Source: a virus. From it: a stretch of 64,000 bases of DNA. How positions within the stretch are numbered: position 1 is the stretch's first letter; the number at the start of each line of letters is the position of its first letter. A program made the position numbers and the translations under genes. The notes under the pieces were generated by a model. That model did not search any database, was not told where the DNA came from, and saw only the letters and a list, made by a program, of their open reading frames with translations. The stretch lies in the IMG/VR virus record IMGVR_UViG_3300034198_023063, positions 16,758-80,757 of that record. One strand, 5' to 3'. Of the stretch, positions 12,901 to 21,354 are shown one piece after another.

Positions 12901-13745
12901 ACAAGTTTGGTTCAGTTATGTATATGGGTAAAAAATACTATAATGGCCAAACATTTATTGGCGGAGCATCATCTTGGTATGAAGTAGATTGTCCAGATTA
13001 CATAAAAGTACAAAAAATAACTAGAGAAATTCCATTAGGGTTTGAGGATTTTTACGAACCAGAAAAAGACTCTGATATAACAGATTCAACTGCAATAGTA
13101 GATTTAGATCAAAATATTCAATTACCAGATGACCCTCTTGCGCTGCTAAAATCTAATATTTTTAATTTTATTGGGCAAACTTTAGCTTCTTTTCCAGCAA
13201 CTCAATCTTCTTTATGCTGGATTCCAGAAAATCAAAATGCTTTTTGGTTAGACTCTAATTTTATCAAAGATATATGGGAAGTAGAAGAAATAATCCCATC
13301 AGATACTAAGAAAATTACTTCAGGCACTCAAGAAGTTTCATTTGTTAAGTGCAAAATGAAGAAAATTGGCTCTAGATTTTTAATAAATAGCTTTTTCTTT
13401 AACTTTTATTCCGCGCTACAGAATAAGTTAAAAATGAGTGATGATGGGCAAATAAGCATGGGATTTGACTATAATTTAAAGCCTAGTCAAAGAAAAAGAT
13501 TAAATGATATAGGTAAATATGTTTACGAGCAGAATGATTATATTTTCTCAAATAAAGAATTTTTATTAACTCCGATTTTAAAGGAATACTTGGTTCCAAT
13601 AGATTCTAATTCTGCTAGTGTAATTAAAGATGCTGAAACCGAAGTGATAATAACAATAGAAAAATTAAAGAGTATGCCTGAATTAAGGATAGAAGATTAT
13701 TCTTTTGATCCTACGGTAACTCTTTTGAATAGTAACAAGGCATAA
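3948..13745 (+). CDS. giant (3265 aa) putative tail/fibre protein with degenerate beta-rich repeats
   Basis: Uninterrupted 9.8-kb ORF rich in N/S/Y/I/F, with a recurring aromatic-hydrophobic-x-N-x-S/T...hydrophobic motif. Confidence 0.7.
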   Translation: MSALNDNKAFLSGVLTGESLNFDTSVFGLWVSIFQNVNYSENGYSYFQPLATDITAIDFPITGKRFSLFNFDGKYSDARFIISSGKKGDAEYDTTVPIADISNSFVSGFKPLIIMPNVDFTGSIYRRTEITGYRNSVIGNYQTLGLSGEDWQKTSIPVNVSDDVKEYAYFDTGYSGYSNEVATRYKFLYDDPSHSQRQNVSIFEIPIQYEAGSNFKYKISRKSDPFGEFYTPEITTDGKIIIDYSQYKDEVNKPVEAGLNYKFTTVSKFSFPQGVFEDLDDNQVVTRPINDSSITGLKLTRRKEGDDTYYDFYLSSTGVNNTGATYDGIYRITFNVDRYNTTNKTGIVGYVMTGIKTGDVSTNVLVNLGINSGVYPRVIDTQRYQTSDILNLANLEELIVNEESAQALASDTDFENETNLAKNLQDNIKKNVDFLNELLKDEPQNPTQNTTSDQVLRGQIDSLENSNLDSANQNQIIEKIALPKFTLPKQNVDKNYYNNYINSGEEYVAVPLANYTLQPSYVFYGDQYGQLGYYIEETEYSTYRIVVNSTSNGVYVSNTSVCKGDTAIYANMPYSEDVYFENGICTRIPEDGIIDKNNYATQDSWKNAVNYFYTKNYLSSVDVFPTSSDQDANLSISNAISKALQQIGSCTGDFLTENSNAKPILYLEREVYVEPYDKDQITLLNNTLNSGSFVSPSGELVRQQEEKLYCVQIFDTSFAKDNSSFFKAANDYEESLTFKSFAPYKDSAGKDIVSYGVGENFGTVYYNDQNKDEQDIYRLEYVTGQAFSYNKTSNFRAWNGLGSQTISISNQNDKNYGYHLYGYENADDVLTFVKSNILNGVDVSPTSFTNYVVLKFNKQGFTDSSYIFNDSNGTNYTAINTSVVDSSGALLSSSYVFFNIQKYSYLARAVTENNVWYTNKLIPINDDSYGAEDQFGLFAPRFFEDATQEAKSAAEQLFVFPNGPSTSKNYEGSPLVYDHLPSIPQGVLNNKLVITEERKNYNIINNDFILNFVLEGRLTKELGLNNVKNYKDSRRLKITRVRYNVYSKNLLIVGDAGFPYALALNTGWEYKLQYRKKGVGSAWKEMDSTSSFTNSKIANVSSFLNPYFYKFEDLITPNYLPTVGFLTNLPNFLDDSQYQFRIFKYEKFDSGSDSVDIIRKTNFLPIQVNWANDNKSSYFNIYQLDSGNNLKLIKTENQKSSSTFAIPSVKQQYFDLGLANFSKNGSGYYDIIVSGALPSTQVNTGLAGSVFIGNPTIGNSTADPSDQNDPSGPIIIDVINQTSNTSGYNSITGVTYAPLINFNNPESKNADFSINANYSGYYFISDGKNATLDNSLVNGFECYVANTGSSTNIYSNGSAYSLNNNKVAKVILPSVTTTDSIRALPSAQVSVDYTNNYVYIKENFNYNTGDFEASAGTKSSISTIINGSSSSVTLTYGTGTISIPANTSYKLQFDNGWDGSAFASQILQLNSYKNVDTQASYINSSGGLVNLNYDSLILNTQDYIDLPIYNFAKNKLSVNGLINLNADSFYLLSGNPAGTITATEKDYFDSIKIYLDGSEGENNIFVLKDDTDIDVSYFQFGNRKEYYFIKDNNIQRSLNIKIKNGTSEKLIPKGSPDFKLTVKKDTFSNITYEILFPSSDFTTLIGDELEQLIVIKSQNSHIIDLGYIEGSLKSNAFVYFVNSSNTNVDFQRDFKSVMTLSNGEIAKVTLEKYNLTARITKINEARNHFEFKIDPQIHLTEPSGVNILNLNFCGADVVLPPPSDFSAKETFIISKNRLAANKIDYKKIENTPSTAISSEGKFSQNSIVCKIYKNSSSSTYPAVDQSEISAGYYSPFRERNTPKDDVYEVFYIKDADLKSFSIKDYFERSAYYYGKVLLESEKEFSIYSYDENNSNTQNVEKKGVSFDFDFDLGEVIDGALTTKLVENDYQIINSNSEDDGVQTLDNFSVGQYCINFAYDSVALTGQSVSLIKNRGAFINENQGLRVFPIYNEDEFFIAENINQELRSSYTNYRKEDGVKLYTSFFYQLNNSTDIESVFLPYSTDKKYIIENLSSRAFDIKTLDSNSLVTTIKPNEKKTFSYSSTSWISSNYIDSVDGYLPTDSSPSVIKSENQNNEKDSAHPFISLFGTANSLDGIKGNIFESFCYDEAGTLKSSISLPNGEQSLTYNLIDCDEAKNNTTTSDGSSQYMFCYGRGGAKTISDTDFVLNDFYLFIKYGTSYIKNKQVGGKFLSRISSEGIDNPILTIIKRNHFDLLSLFISENGYATSLPRNLRSATPIPFYNELQTYYLPNLNITIQKTEEEVENPSLGSLWLGKKFVFINLVKVNSQAPNKIYNYTDETYTDLINTSGENSVAVFEVVYDGTNYLWKKQTLNVPKIQNVYVSLKNVKGLDSTSSSNVTDGREMVYLSNFRTFNVSIDSFADYKFNNFYLYNSCNYPLEILFNGSRSSLDANSPFVKVSYDGSFIPKEISYNHTTNFVETESIDIRITSNTDTDTTLIERIAYIYPSPVIGAYAKLNYRTYSTSAGITTYSDLSSALFVSSSNGWSKINLSDYLSDNYCDLNVSNLEKYSPDSRLFIYGSSVRNQYSQSFDTYTLRVVAPESRSTSFFIFNNTVNDLKIKFVTSNFTDFGGIGRLTINLAKNRISKVYKNSNGKLSFEVLEIHQRGRYYLSNKNKNINYINGSEIELFIDACVPSDLDSQPFEISNDNINCFLTLLPTSSEYTRIFYNLYQGANGNLVKNRDTKGDSVNNFSVVPFDTSQSLGWLSLNNSQDYQKDLITPFLDISVAGHYILTNYNYSVKITPSASDIFLVNNTSKNIKVQQGDSDYQLYRNTVLIVNSTSKRYLKKGKRKDAFYSVFNPKTLVNTQREISLVLGIERHQEILPIYDIDFVDVPSYLKLYSRYGQTQSVYLNFQDYYLGKDIPSDCPENMLAYEVGTGHETIYKFLFFDPSTNYYTLPGITEGEEYLVDFNEGLFFNLLLGQGGDKFGSVMYMGKKYYNGQTFIGGASSWYEVDCPDYIKVQKITREIPLGFEDFYEPEKDSDITDSTAIVDLDQNIQLPDDPLALLKSNIFNFIGQTLASFPATQSSLCWIPENQNAFWLDSNFIKDIWEVEEIIPSDTKKITSGTQEVSFVKCKMKKIGSRFLINSFFFNFYSALQNKLKMSDDGQISMGFDYNLKPSQRKRLNDIGKYVYEQNDYIFSNKEFLLTPILKEYLVPIDSNSASVIKDAETEVIITIEKLKSMPELRIEDYSFDPTVTLLNSNKA

Positions 13746-13746
13746 A

Positions 13747-16700
13747 ATGGCAAGTATTTCGCTGACGCCAACAAGAACGCCAACTAGGACAAGAACTCCT
13801 AGTATTACGCCTAGCGTAACACCGACTACTAGCGCAACGCCAACGACTAGCGTTACTCCTAGCGTTACTCCAACAAACAGCGTAACGCCGACTACTAGCG
13901 TAACACCGACTACTAGCGTAACGCCAACGACTAGCGTTACTCCTAGCGTTACTCCAACCAACAGCGTAACGCCGACTACTAGCGTAACACCGACTACTAG
14001 CGTAACGCCAACGACTAGCGTAACGCCGACGGCTAGCGTTACTATAACACCAAGCGCTACTCCTAGTACGACTCCAATACCAAGCATAACTCCATCAATT
14101 TCAGTTTCTGGAGCAAAACCAAATGATGATAAAATATTTTTAGTTAATATTTTTAATATTATTGGAGCATTAACAAGAAAGCCGATTGCAGATCAATTAA
14201 TAAATATAGATACCTCTATAAAAACAGCTTACTCGAAAGACATTGAAAATTTTGAGCAGTACGCTTCAATAAGTTTATTTAATAACAAAACAATAACTGA
14301 TTTTTATAATAATGTAATAGTTAAGTCTTCATCAATCTTAGATCCAAATGCTAAAAATGCTGTATTAGATAAGGACATTAAAGAAATAAGATCGGATTTA
14401 ATAAATATTTATCTTTTCTCGACTTATAGAAATGTTAGTCAAAAAGACTGCATCTCTTTAAATGCTGATGGCACTATAAATTTCGAAGATTTAACTGTTC
14501 TATCAAAGATTTATAATATAAATTCTACATCTGTTGATGTATTGCAACTTGGAGATCCAAATTTATCTAGTTATACAAATCAACAAGAATCAGCAAAACC
14601 ATATGCAGAAGTTAGAGAATGCGATGGAATTTTAGTTTCAAAATCTTATGTAAATGTTGATGGTCTAATAAAACAGATTTATCCTTGGGACTATAGCAGC
14701 TCTAAATATTCCAGCGCAACAGATAAAATAGTAACTTCATTTTATAAATGTAAGATTTATTTATTTGTAGTTAAGAATTACGAGCCGCAAAGCGCGACTT
14801 TCTCATACACAACATATCCTTTAGTGTTTAAATACTCTTCAATAGAGTACGAATACGCACAAGATTTTGATGATGTAACAGAAATTCAAACTGCCCAAAA
14901 TATACAAGTAAATAAAATCTTCTATCCTTATTCTTTATTAATAAATAATAATATGGTGAAAAAAGGAAGCTTGATGGGCGCGGCTTTGCCAAAATCTTTC
15001 TTAAACTTCCCTAAGATTTGCATAAATGATGACGGATACTTCAATGGGGATATGTCCGCTTTATCTTTGCCGCAAAATACAATGGCTTGTGATTTAGGCG
15101 GAAATTTAATGCTGCAATATAATAGTGGGCAAGTGTTAAAATTAGCAGATGCTCAATTATGTGGCGACCAAACAAGAAACGCATTTATTAAGGTTAATAA
15201 CGTTCTTTCTCAGTCTTCTCCCATTTACAAAAATCTTCCAGTTGTATCTGGGGCGATAGATATATATGCTGACAATTTTTCATATTTATATTATATTAAA
15301 AAGGACTCTTCTTTAGAACTAATCACTGGAGATGCATCTATAAAAAATCAAACCCAGTTATATTCTGGGCTGCCTTTAAATACAGACAATTATTTTGCTT
15401 ATTCTTATAATGAAAAATACAAAGATTCAGCTTTTATATTTTCGTACGCTTTTAGAGCAGTGAGCGGAACTAGTTCTACTGATTTCTATTTAGATGTGAA
15501 GCCAGAGGTAAAGAGGCCAAGATTAAGATTGCAAAATATAAATTCACTTAATAAAGTCGCTGTTATTTCAGATTTTGCTACTGGACTAATATATTCATTT
15601 AATGACGAAGCTGCAATCTCAACAGGAATTGTTGATTCTGGTAATGGAATAAATCAAATATCTTTTATTCCAACATCTGGAAAATATGGAACACTACACA
15701 TAGAAGCTAGAAATTATTTTTATGACTTTGATGACGGAAGCAGAAGTTTGTACTCTACGTCAGATTCGATTCAAGTAGGTAATTCTCCTGTGATATCTGA
15801 TTTTAGATTAGAGTTGCTAAGAAATGGAACGCTTACAAATTTTTATGATTCTAATCAAAATTCTATACCTGCAATATCTGGAGCAGTATTTGACCAACAA
15901 ACTTTTGATAACTATAGATATTATAATCCATACACTAATAACAATCCTATACAATTTAAGTTATCTTACAATTATAATTACCAGATCGGTTTAAGAGTTG
16001 GAAACTCGGATATAAGAATGATCCCAAGCGGATCAAGCGCTACGTTCAGTAAACAGGACTTCTTCTCTTTATTGTCTAATGATGGATCTATTAATATAAC
16101 TTCAATATTACAAGATGGGACAGAATTTGTAGCTCCATTTATTTTTAAAGATAGCTACAATATGAATCCAGCTTTATCTAATCTTACAATAAATAAAGTT
16201 ACAATGTATAACGCCGAAGAAACAGATTTGACTTTTAGCTTCGACTATCAATATACAGAAATGATTAGATATGAAATATTAAATCAAGATGGCGTTGTAA
16301 TTTATTCTGCGCCGTTCAAGACGAAATTCTCTTCTAGCGTAATTTCATATTCCATAAAAACTGACATCATTCCAATAGAAAATGTAGATAGTTTAACCGT
16401 AAGAGTTACGCTAAAAAATACAACTGACTCATCTGGAAATGAATTATATAATACAGCGATTTCAAGTTCTAGTTCTTATATCTTGCCATTAAGGTTGCCA
16501 AGATTAAATGCTTCTTCGATAAGGTTCTTTTCCGACGCAGCCTTATCGAATGAAATATCCACAATGAGAAAAAATCAAACTATTTATGTTAAATTACAAT
16601 TATTTGATAAAAATGGTATAGAAATAAATGAAAACGATTACTATAAATATATAAATACAGATCCTAATTCTTTGCAATTCATATTCTCAAATCCAGAGAA

Positions 16701-16845
16701 TTTAAATGACTATCAGAGAGGTGTAATTTTTAATAAGATATCTAATTATGTTTATTCATTATTTATTTCCCCAGACACAAGTTTTGCAAAAAATACATCT
16801 TTAGTAAGCGTAAAATACACACCAATATACGAATATAAAAATTAA
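13747..16845 (+). CDS. putative virion protein with N-terminal Thr/Pro/Ser/Val (mucin-like) repeat
   Basis: 1032-aa ORF; the first ~120 aa are TPTTSV/TPSV repeats. Confidence 0.7.
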   Translation: MASISLTPTRTPTRTRTPSITPSVTPTTSATPTTSVTPSVTPTNSVTPTTSVTPTTSVTPTTSVTPSVTPTNSVTPTTSVTPTTSVTPTTSVTPTASVTITPSATPSTTPIPSITPSISVSGAKPNDDKIFLVNIFNIIGALTRKPIADQLINIDTSIKTAYSKDIENFEQYASISLFNNKTITDFYNNVIVKSSSILDPNAKNAVLDKDIKEIRSDLINIYLFSTYRNVSQKDCISLNADGTINFEDLTVLSKIYNINSTSVDVLQLGDPNLSSYTNQQESAKPYAEVRECDGILVSKSYVNVDGLIKQIYPWDYSSSKYSSATDKIVTSFYKCKIYLFVVKNYEPQSATFSYTTYPLVFKYSSIEYEYAQDFDDVTEIQTAQNIQVNKIFYPYSLLINNNMVKKGSLMGAALPKSFLNFPKICINDDGYFNGDMSALSLPQNTMACDLGGNLMLQYNSGQVLKLADAQLCGDQTRNAFIKVNNVLSQSSPIYKNLPVVSGAIDIYADNFSYLYYIKKDSSLELITGDASIKNQTQLYSGLPLNTDNYFAYSYNEKYKDSAFIFSYAFRAVSGTSSTDFYLDVKPEVKRPRLRLQNINSLNKVAVISDFATGLIYSFNDEAAISTGIVDSGNGINQISFIPTSGKYGTLHIEARNYFYDFDDGSRSLYSTSDSIQVGNSPVISDFRLELLRNGTLTNFYDSNQNSIPAISGAVFDQQTFDNYRYYNPYTNNNPIQFKLSYNYNYQIGLRVGNSDIRMIPSGSSATFSKQDFFSLLSNDGSINITSILQDGTEFVAPFIFKDSYNMNPALSNLTINKVTMYNAEETDLTFSFDYQYTEMIRYEILNQDGVVIYSAPFKTKFSSSVISYSIKTDIIPIENVDSLTVRVTLKNTTDSSGNELYNTAISSSSSYILPLRLPRLNASSIRFFSDAALSNEISTMRKNQTIYVKLQLFDKNGIEINENDYYKYINTDPNSLQFIFSNPENLNDYQRGVIFNKISNYVYSLFISPDTSFAKNTSLVSVKYTPIYEYKN
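13765..14100 (+). repeat. coding tandem repeat (18-nt and 12-nt units) with an 84-nt higher-order unit
   Basis: Blocks 13813-13896 and 13897-13980 differ at 2 of 84 positions; a partial third copy starts at 13981. Confidence 0.9.
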
Positions 16846-16850
16846 ATCAT

Positions 16851-19800
16851 ATGCCAATACAAGAAGATGGAATCATTGAAATATCGGATGGCGTAGATCA
16901 AGACCCCTTAAGCCCTCCAACAGTAAAAGATCTTTTCATTAAGATTGAAGATACTAGAGTTATAAATAATCTTAACAATATAATTGTTGATTCTGTTTAT
17001 GTTAATTGGAGTGTGGAAAACGCGTCTTCAATAGAATTAAAAATTCAAAAAGTAAATAGTTCGATGGTTGTTTTTGGCGATGAGGAAGTTATAGATGTAT
17101 CTTTTTTTAATCAAAGAGATGGATATTTATTAGTTTTAGATAAAGATTTTGGATTAAAAATTACTATTGCTGCAAAAAATCCAAATACTGAGCCAAGTCA
17201 AGATTCAAGATCTATAATAATAAAAAAAGCCTCTTCTAATTCTATCCCATCGGATTCTATAGTTAATCAAGAAAATGGTTTTTTTATAGAAAAAGCTGGA
17301 AGCGATTATGATTTTAATGCTGTAAAACTTACTTTGCTTTTAGATAAAAAAGGAGGAGTATTTAGTTTTCCGGAAGATGGAGCTTCTTTAGATATATTTT
17401 TAAACTATACTTCTAATAGAAATAGATCTTGGACACCGATTGCTTTGAGTGGTGGATCTACAAAGGAGATAAAAGACGCTGGCGATAATATAATAAATTA
17501 TAAATTTATATTTGGATCTAATGGTTCAATAAAAATAAATCCGCCTCAGAATGGGGGTACTATATTCTTTTATTGTAGGTTAGTTACAAAAAGTGCAGAT
17601 GGGCAGGCAAATGAGTATAGAACAAAAGAAGAATTTTTGTTTTTTGACACAGTTGAGTTACAAACAAATCAAGCGAATGTAGTTTTAGATTCATCTTCAT
17701 CAAAACCCGCAAAATTAAAATATGAAATCAAAACAACGATTTCAGAAATGTATGCGTTAGCAGAAAATATAGTAGGAAAAAATGGAGAAAAAATAAAAAA
17801 TAATTTTATTCATTATTTTTTAGATTCTAAAAAATTTAAAGGAAAAAACTATTCAGATTCGTCTTTTGTTTATTATGTGGACGGTTCTTTAAGGTCTAGT
17901 TTTATATATGAAGCTTCTCCTAAAAATGGAACGAATACTCAAGGATATTTTTATCCAGCTTGTGTGTCTGAAATTTTACCATGTATAAATATTGTTTTAG
18001 ATGCAAATGGAAAAAATAATTGCGTTACTTTATTTTGGAAAATAATTGATGATTTTTATGATTATACTTTTTTCAATGGAAACATAAATATAAAAACAAA
18101 TGAGTTAAAAATCTCAGTTGAATATTTAGATGCTGGAGTTTATAAAGAGATTTTATCTGACGTATTATTAAGTTATGGAGCAGATAAAAATTATGATCCT
18201 GTAGAAAATAAATTTTTTATTAAAATCAGCAAAGACAATAGAGAATTAAAGAATGCGTCTTTATTTTTTAATATTTCAGAATTGGATAACCAAAATAAAA
18301 ATTTAAGAATCGTTGTAAAATCACATAAGGTTACAGTGTCTACTCCATTTTTAGGTACTTTTGATTATTCTTATAATAAGTTATTAATAACTCCAGAATG
18401 GACTCATCTTTTATATGATCAATTTATACCAAGTTCCAGCAGGGATTCTTTGGATAAAAAGTTTAGTATTAATTTAGATAGTCCTATTTTAAGAGGAATA
18501 GTATTACCAGATAAAGCATTCAAAATTTTTGATATTTTAAAAGGAATTAGTTATGGCAGTGGAATATCAGGAGATCCATTTGTAATTAAACAAGATTACA
18601 AAATACTATATAAATTATTTACGGAAGTAAATGCTTTCTACTTAGATCCGATTAGAGAGGGAACAATAACTTATATAGATTTACCAAATAAATCTGATTC
18701 TGTATTTTTAATACCGCCATCATTAACTATTCCACCACCAAATCTAGATCAAATAAATGGAATACAGGCTAAAGCAGAAGTTGTATTAAATGAATATGGA
18801 AAAATAGGAGGAATAAAAATAATAGATCCGGGGAGTGGGTATTCATTTTTTAAAGATTCTCAAGCTAAAAGAGAGCAAACTTTCATAGATTTAATTCCAG
18901 TAATAAAATCAACATATCAAATAGTATCTTCTAATTTAAATGTTAACAAGCAAACTTTAACTCTTGTAAATAATTCATTTTCTAGATTAAAAGCTAGTAT
19001 TGATGGTGGGACTCTCTTGTCTCAAGCAGCTACTTCTTCGAGAGTACTGGATTCCGAACAGCAAGCAATATTAGAAGACTATAAGCAAAGAAATAATTTT
19101 AAAGATGATTCTAATATAGAGGAAAGTCGAGATTCTATTGGATACAACAACACAAGGACGGTAATAAAAAATAATGTCTCGATACAAATTCTTGATCCTG
19201 AGTGGTACGCAATATCATCATTATATGGAGAAAAATATAATAATCCATTAGAAAATTTATCTATTTATAATCAAGATACAGATCCAGCCGCAGAGTCAAT
19301 AGATCCTTCTAGTTTGTCTCCAAATGTACAAAACGCTTCCGTCGCAATAGAAAATCCAGAAGGTCAGACCGTTGTGCAAAATAATACACAAATACCGGGA
19401 ACATCAACAACTTCGGAAACTTTTGCTTTAAATTATTTAACTATTTATACAGATTCTAGCCCCTCGATTTCTTTAATAAATAACGATAGCGCTCCTCCTT
19501 GGCTTACGCTCTTACCGAAAGAATATAGAAGCGATGGTTCACCTGCTTATGGAACTTTAGCGAATATGTTGCCAAGAGCTTATAATTTATACAATAGATT
19601 ATCAGTGGGAATTAATAATCTAAATGAAGTGAGAGTTATGATTCCGATGATTTGGGCTGTTGATTTTACTACCTCTTCAAAAGATTATTATTTACCAATA
19701 GATCAAACGGAAGATGAGAATAAGATAATAGAATGGAGTCAAGATGGGACGAGAAAAACCTTTCAACAAACTTATAGCTATTATCAACCAATAAACTCTT

Positions 19801-20351
19801 CAATAGGAGTTTCAGCGTCAAGAAGTGTTGGTAAAGTTTGGTATACAAATCTGGATAGGATAGATAGAGGTTTGGAAAACTCTAGTGCTAGCGAATTTAA
19901 AATCTCTTCAGAATATGGAAGTTCAGCGTCTTTTGCTCCATTTGTGCATCCTTGGATGGAAAAAGCATTTCCAGAATTTTATTTAAGATCTTATAAGAGA
20001 AAGTTTTTAGGAATAGTGACTGAGCAGTCTTATTCGTGTTCGAGCTACACTCCTTATCAAGAAAATGGCATTTCTTATATATCTTGCGCTGGTGTATGGG
20101 GAGATCCATACGCAAAGGCAACGTCAGCTTCAAGTATCCCAGTTGATATTGGAACCACAAATACTCGTTTTGAGTTTTTTGGAAATGGAACAATATCAGC
20201 GTCACCAGATGGAACAGCCAGAGCTTTATCGGTACACAACGGAGCAAAAAATGGAAGAAGAATATTTTGCTCGGAAAGTTGTGGGACACAACACTATAAA
20301 ACAATAGATTTTAAATATACAAATATGTATCCGGGAACAGTAAGAATATGA
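16851..20351 (+). CDS. large hypothetical protein, putative virion protein
   Basis: 1166-aa ORF containing 'QAKAEVVLNEYGKIGGIKIIDPGSGY', similar to the I.I.dpGsGY motif common in phage baseplate/tail proteins. Confidence 0.65.
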   Translation: MPIQEDGIIEISDGVDQDPLSPPTVKDLFIKIEDTRVINNLNNIIVDSVYVNWSVENASSIELKIQKVNSSMVVFGDEEVIDVSFFNQRDGYLLVLDKDFGLKITIAAKNPNTEPSQDSRSIIIKKASSNSIPSDSIVNQENGFFIEKAGSDYDFNAVKLTLLLDKKGGVFSFPEDGASLDIFLNYTSNRNRSWTPIALSGGSTKEIKDAGDNIINYKFIFGSNGSIKINPPQNGGTIFFYCRLVTKSADGQANEYRTKEEFLFFDTVELQTNQANVVLDSSSSKPAKLKYEIKTTISEMYALAENIVGKNGEKIKNNFIHYFLDSKKFKGKNYSDSSFVYYVDGSLRSSFIYEASPKNGTNTQGYFYPACVSEILPCINIVLDANGKNNCVTLFWKIIDDFYDYTFFNGNINIKTNELKISVEYLDAGVYKEILSDVLLSYGADKNYDPVENKFFIKISKDNRELKNASLFFNISELDNQNKNLRIVVKSHKVTVSTPFLGTFDYSYNKLLITPEWTHLLYDQFIPSSSRDSLDKKFSINLDSPILRGIVLPDKAFKIFDILKGISYGSGISGDPFVIKQDYKILYKLFTEVNAFYLDPIREGTITYIDLPNKSDSVFLIPPSLTIPPPNLDQINGIQAKAEVVLNEYGKIGGIKIIDPGSGYSFFKDSQAKREQTFIDLIPVIKSTYQIVSSNLNVNKQTLTLVNNSFSRLKASIDGGTLLSQAATSSRVLDSEQQAILEDYKQRNNFKDDSNIEESRDSIGYNNTRTVIKNNVSIQILDPEWYAISSLYGEKYNNPLENLSIYNQDTDPAAESIDPSSLSPNVQNASVAIENPEGQTVVQNNTQIPGTSTTSETFALNYLTIYTDSSPSISLINNDSAPPWLTLLPKEYRSDGSPAYGTLANMLPRAYNLYNRLSVGINNLNEVRVMIPMIWAVDFTTSSKDYYLPIDQTEDENKIIEWSQDGTRKTFQQTYSYYQPINSSIGVSASRSVGKVWYTNLDRIDRGLENSSASEFKISSEYGSSASFAPFVHPWMEKAFPEFYLRSYKRKFLGIVTEQSYSCSSYTPYQENGISYISCAGVWGDPYAKATSASSIPVDIGTTNTRFEFFGNGTISASPDGTARALSVHNGAKNGRRIFCSESCGTQHYKTIDFKYTNMYPGTVRI

Positions 20352-20611
20352 TATCTGAATCTTTTAAAAATTTACTAAAAGAAGGGCTAAAAATTCAAAA
20401 CGGAATGATAAAAACAACGCAAAGAGCTTCTTCAGCAATAATAAATAATGGAAAGCTTGTCTCTACAAAAGATGAAGCTAAAGCTAGGCTTGATATATGC
20501 AATAAATGCCCCAACCTTTCGAAAAAGGGGGGCAGATGCGAACTTTGTGGATGTTTCGTGGTAGCTAAAGTAAAGCTTGACTTTGAAACTTGCCCAGCCG
20601 GTAAATGGTAA
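20348..20611 (+). CDS. small Cys-rich putative metal-binding phage protein
   Basis: RLDICNKC...CELCGC...CPAGKW pattern; ATGA overlap with the upstream gene. Confidence 0.75.
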   Translation: MISESFKNLLKEGLKIQNGMIKTTQRASSAIINNGKLVSTKDEAKARLDICNKCPNLSKKGGRCELCGCFVVAKVKLDFETCPAGKW

Positions 20612-21319
20612 TTACTTACTGGAAGACTTCTTTATACGATCTATAAGCTCGAAGATCTTTGGCTTTGGAATATCTGAAAGAGCAGTTATTTCTTCAGCTT
20701 TTTCATATTTCTCTTTAGATAATTTCTTTTTTAAGTCATCTAGAGAAATATTTTTTTCTTTCATTAGGTTAGAAAGAACTGCTGTTGGTGAAAGAGGGTT
20801 TTCTGGAGTAAGTTCTTCAAAATTAACTTTAGCTCCAATTTCATCTTGGCCAACGATATTAATCTTAAGGAAATTGCGGACGCATCGTACAAAGGCTCTA
20901 TTTTCAGCTATTGCTGCTAAATAATTTCTAGCAAAGCTCTGTGTATTATCTGGAGAAGCGTCAGCGAGTGCTTCGAAGATGATTTCCTTCCCATTAGTTT
21001 CATAGTTACTGCTCCAACAAATTGTACAACCAGCTATAACATATGACGGACTTGCTGATGGAATAGAGTACCCAACAGAGGTGAAACCTCTAATCTGGGC
21101 TAGCTCTTTGATGCCGCCTAGAAGGATAAGAAGATCCTTGTCCTCAAGCTTTGATATGTCAGTCTCTTGGGTTCTTTGCTTATTAGGAACAAGAAATTCT
21201 GGGCGAATCATTTTGCGCCAGTTTACAGATCCATCTTCATTGTAGACGTATGGAATTGGCGGATTCTCAAGAAGTCCATACTCATTTCTTGAAAATATTT
21301 TTGGAGGAATAGAACTCAT
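20612..21319 (-). CDS. putative Rad52/Sak-like single-strand annealing protein
   Basis: 'LAAIAENRAFVRCVRNFLKI' resembles the SSAP helix motif. Start moved to ATG 21319, 6 nt after a -10 box. Confidence 0.5.
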   Translation of the reverse strand: MSSIPPKIFSRNEYGLLENPPIPYVYNEDGSVNWRKMIRPEFLVPNKQRTQETDISKLEDKDLLILLGGIKELAQIRGFTSVGYSIPSASPSYVIAGCTICWSSNYETNGKEIIFEALADASPDNTQSFARNYLAAIAENRAFVRCVRNFLKINIVGQDEIGAKVNFEELTPENPLSPTAVLSNLMKEKNISLDDLKKKLSKEKYEKAEEITALSDIPKPKIFELIDRIKKSSSK

Positions 21320-21325
21320 CTTTGT

Positions 21326-21354
21326 AGTATGGATCAAATTTTTTCGTTAGTCAA
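21326..21354 (-). promoter_or_regulatory. leaderless sigma70-type promoter TTGACT-N17-CATACT
   Basis: ATG 21319 follows the -10 box after 6 nt. Confidence 0.7.

Noticed and set aside
13683-14087. 134-aa hydrophobic VVGVTL ORF on the - strand
   Set aside because: Antisense shadow of the Thr/Pro/Ser repeat.
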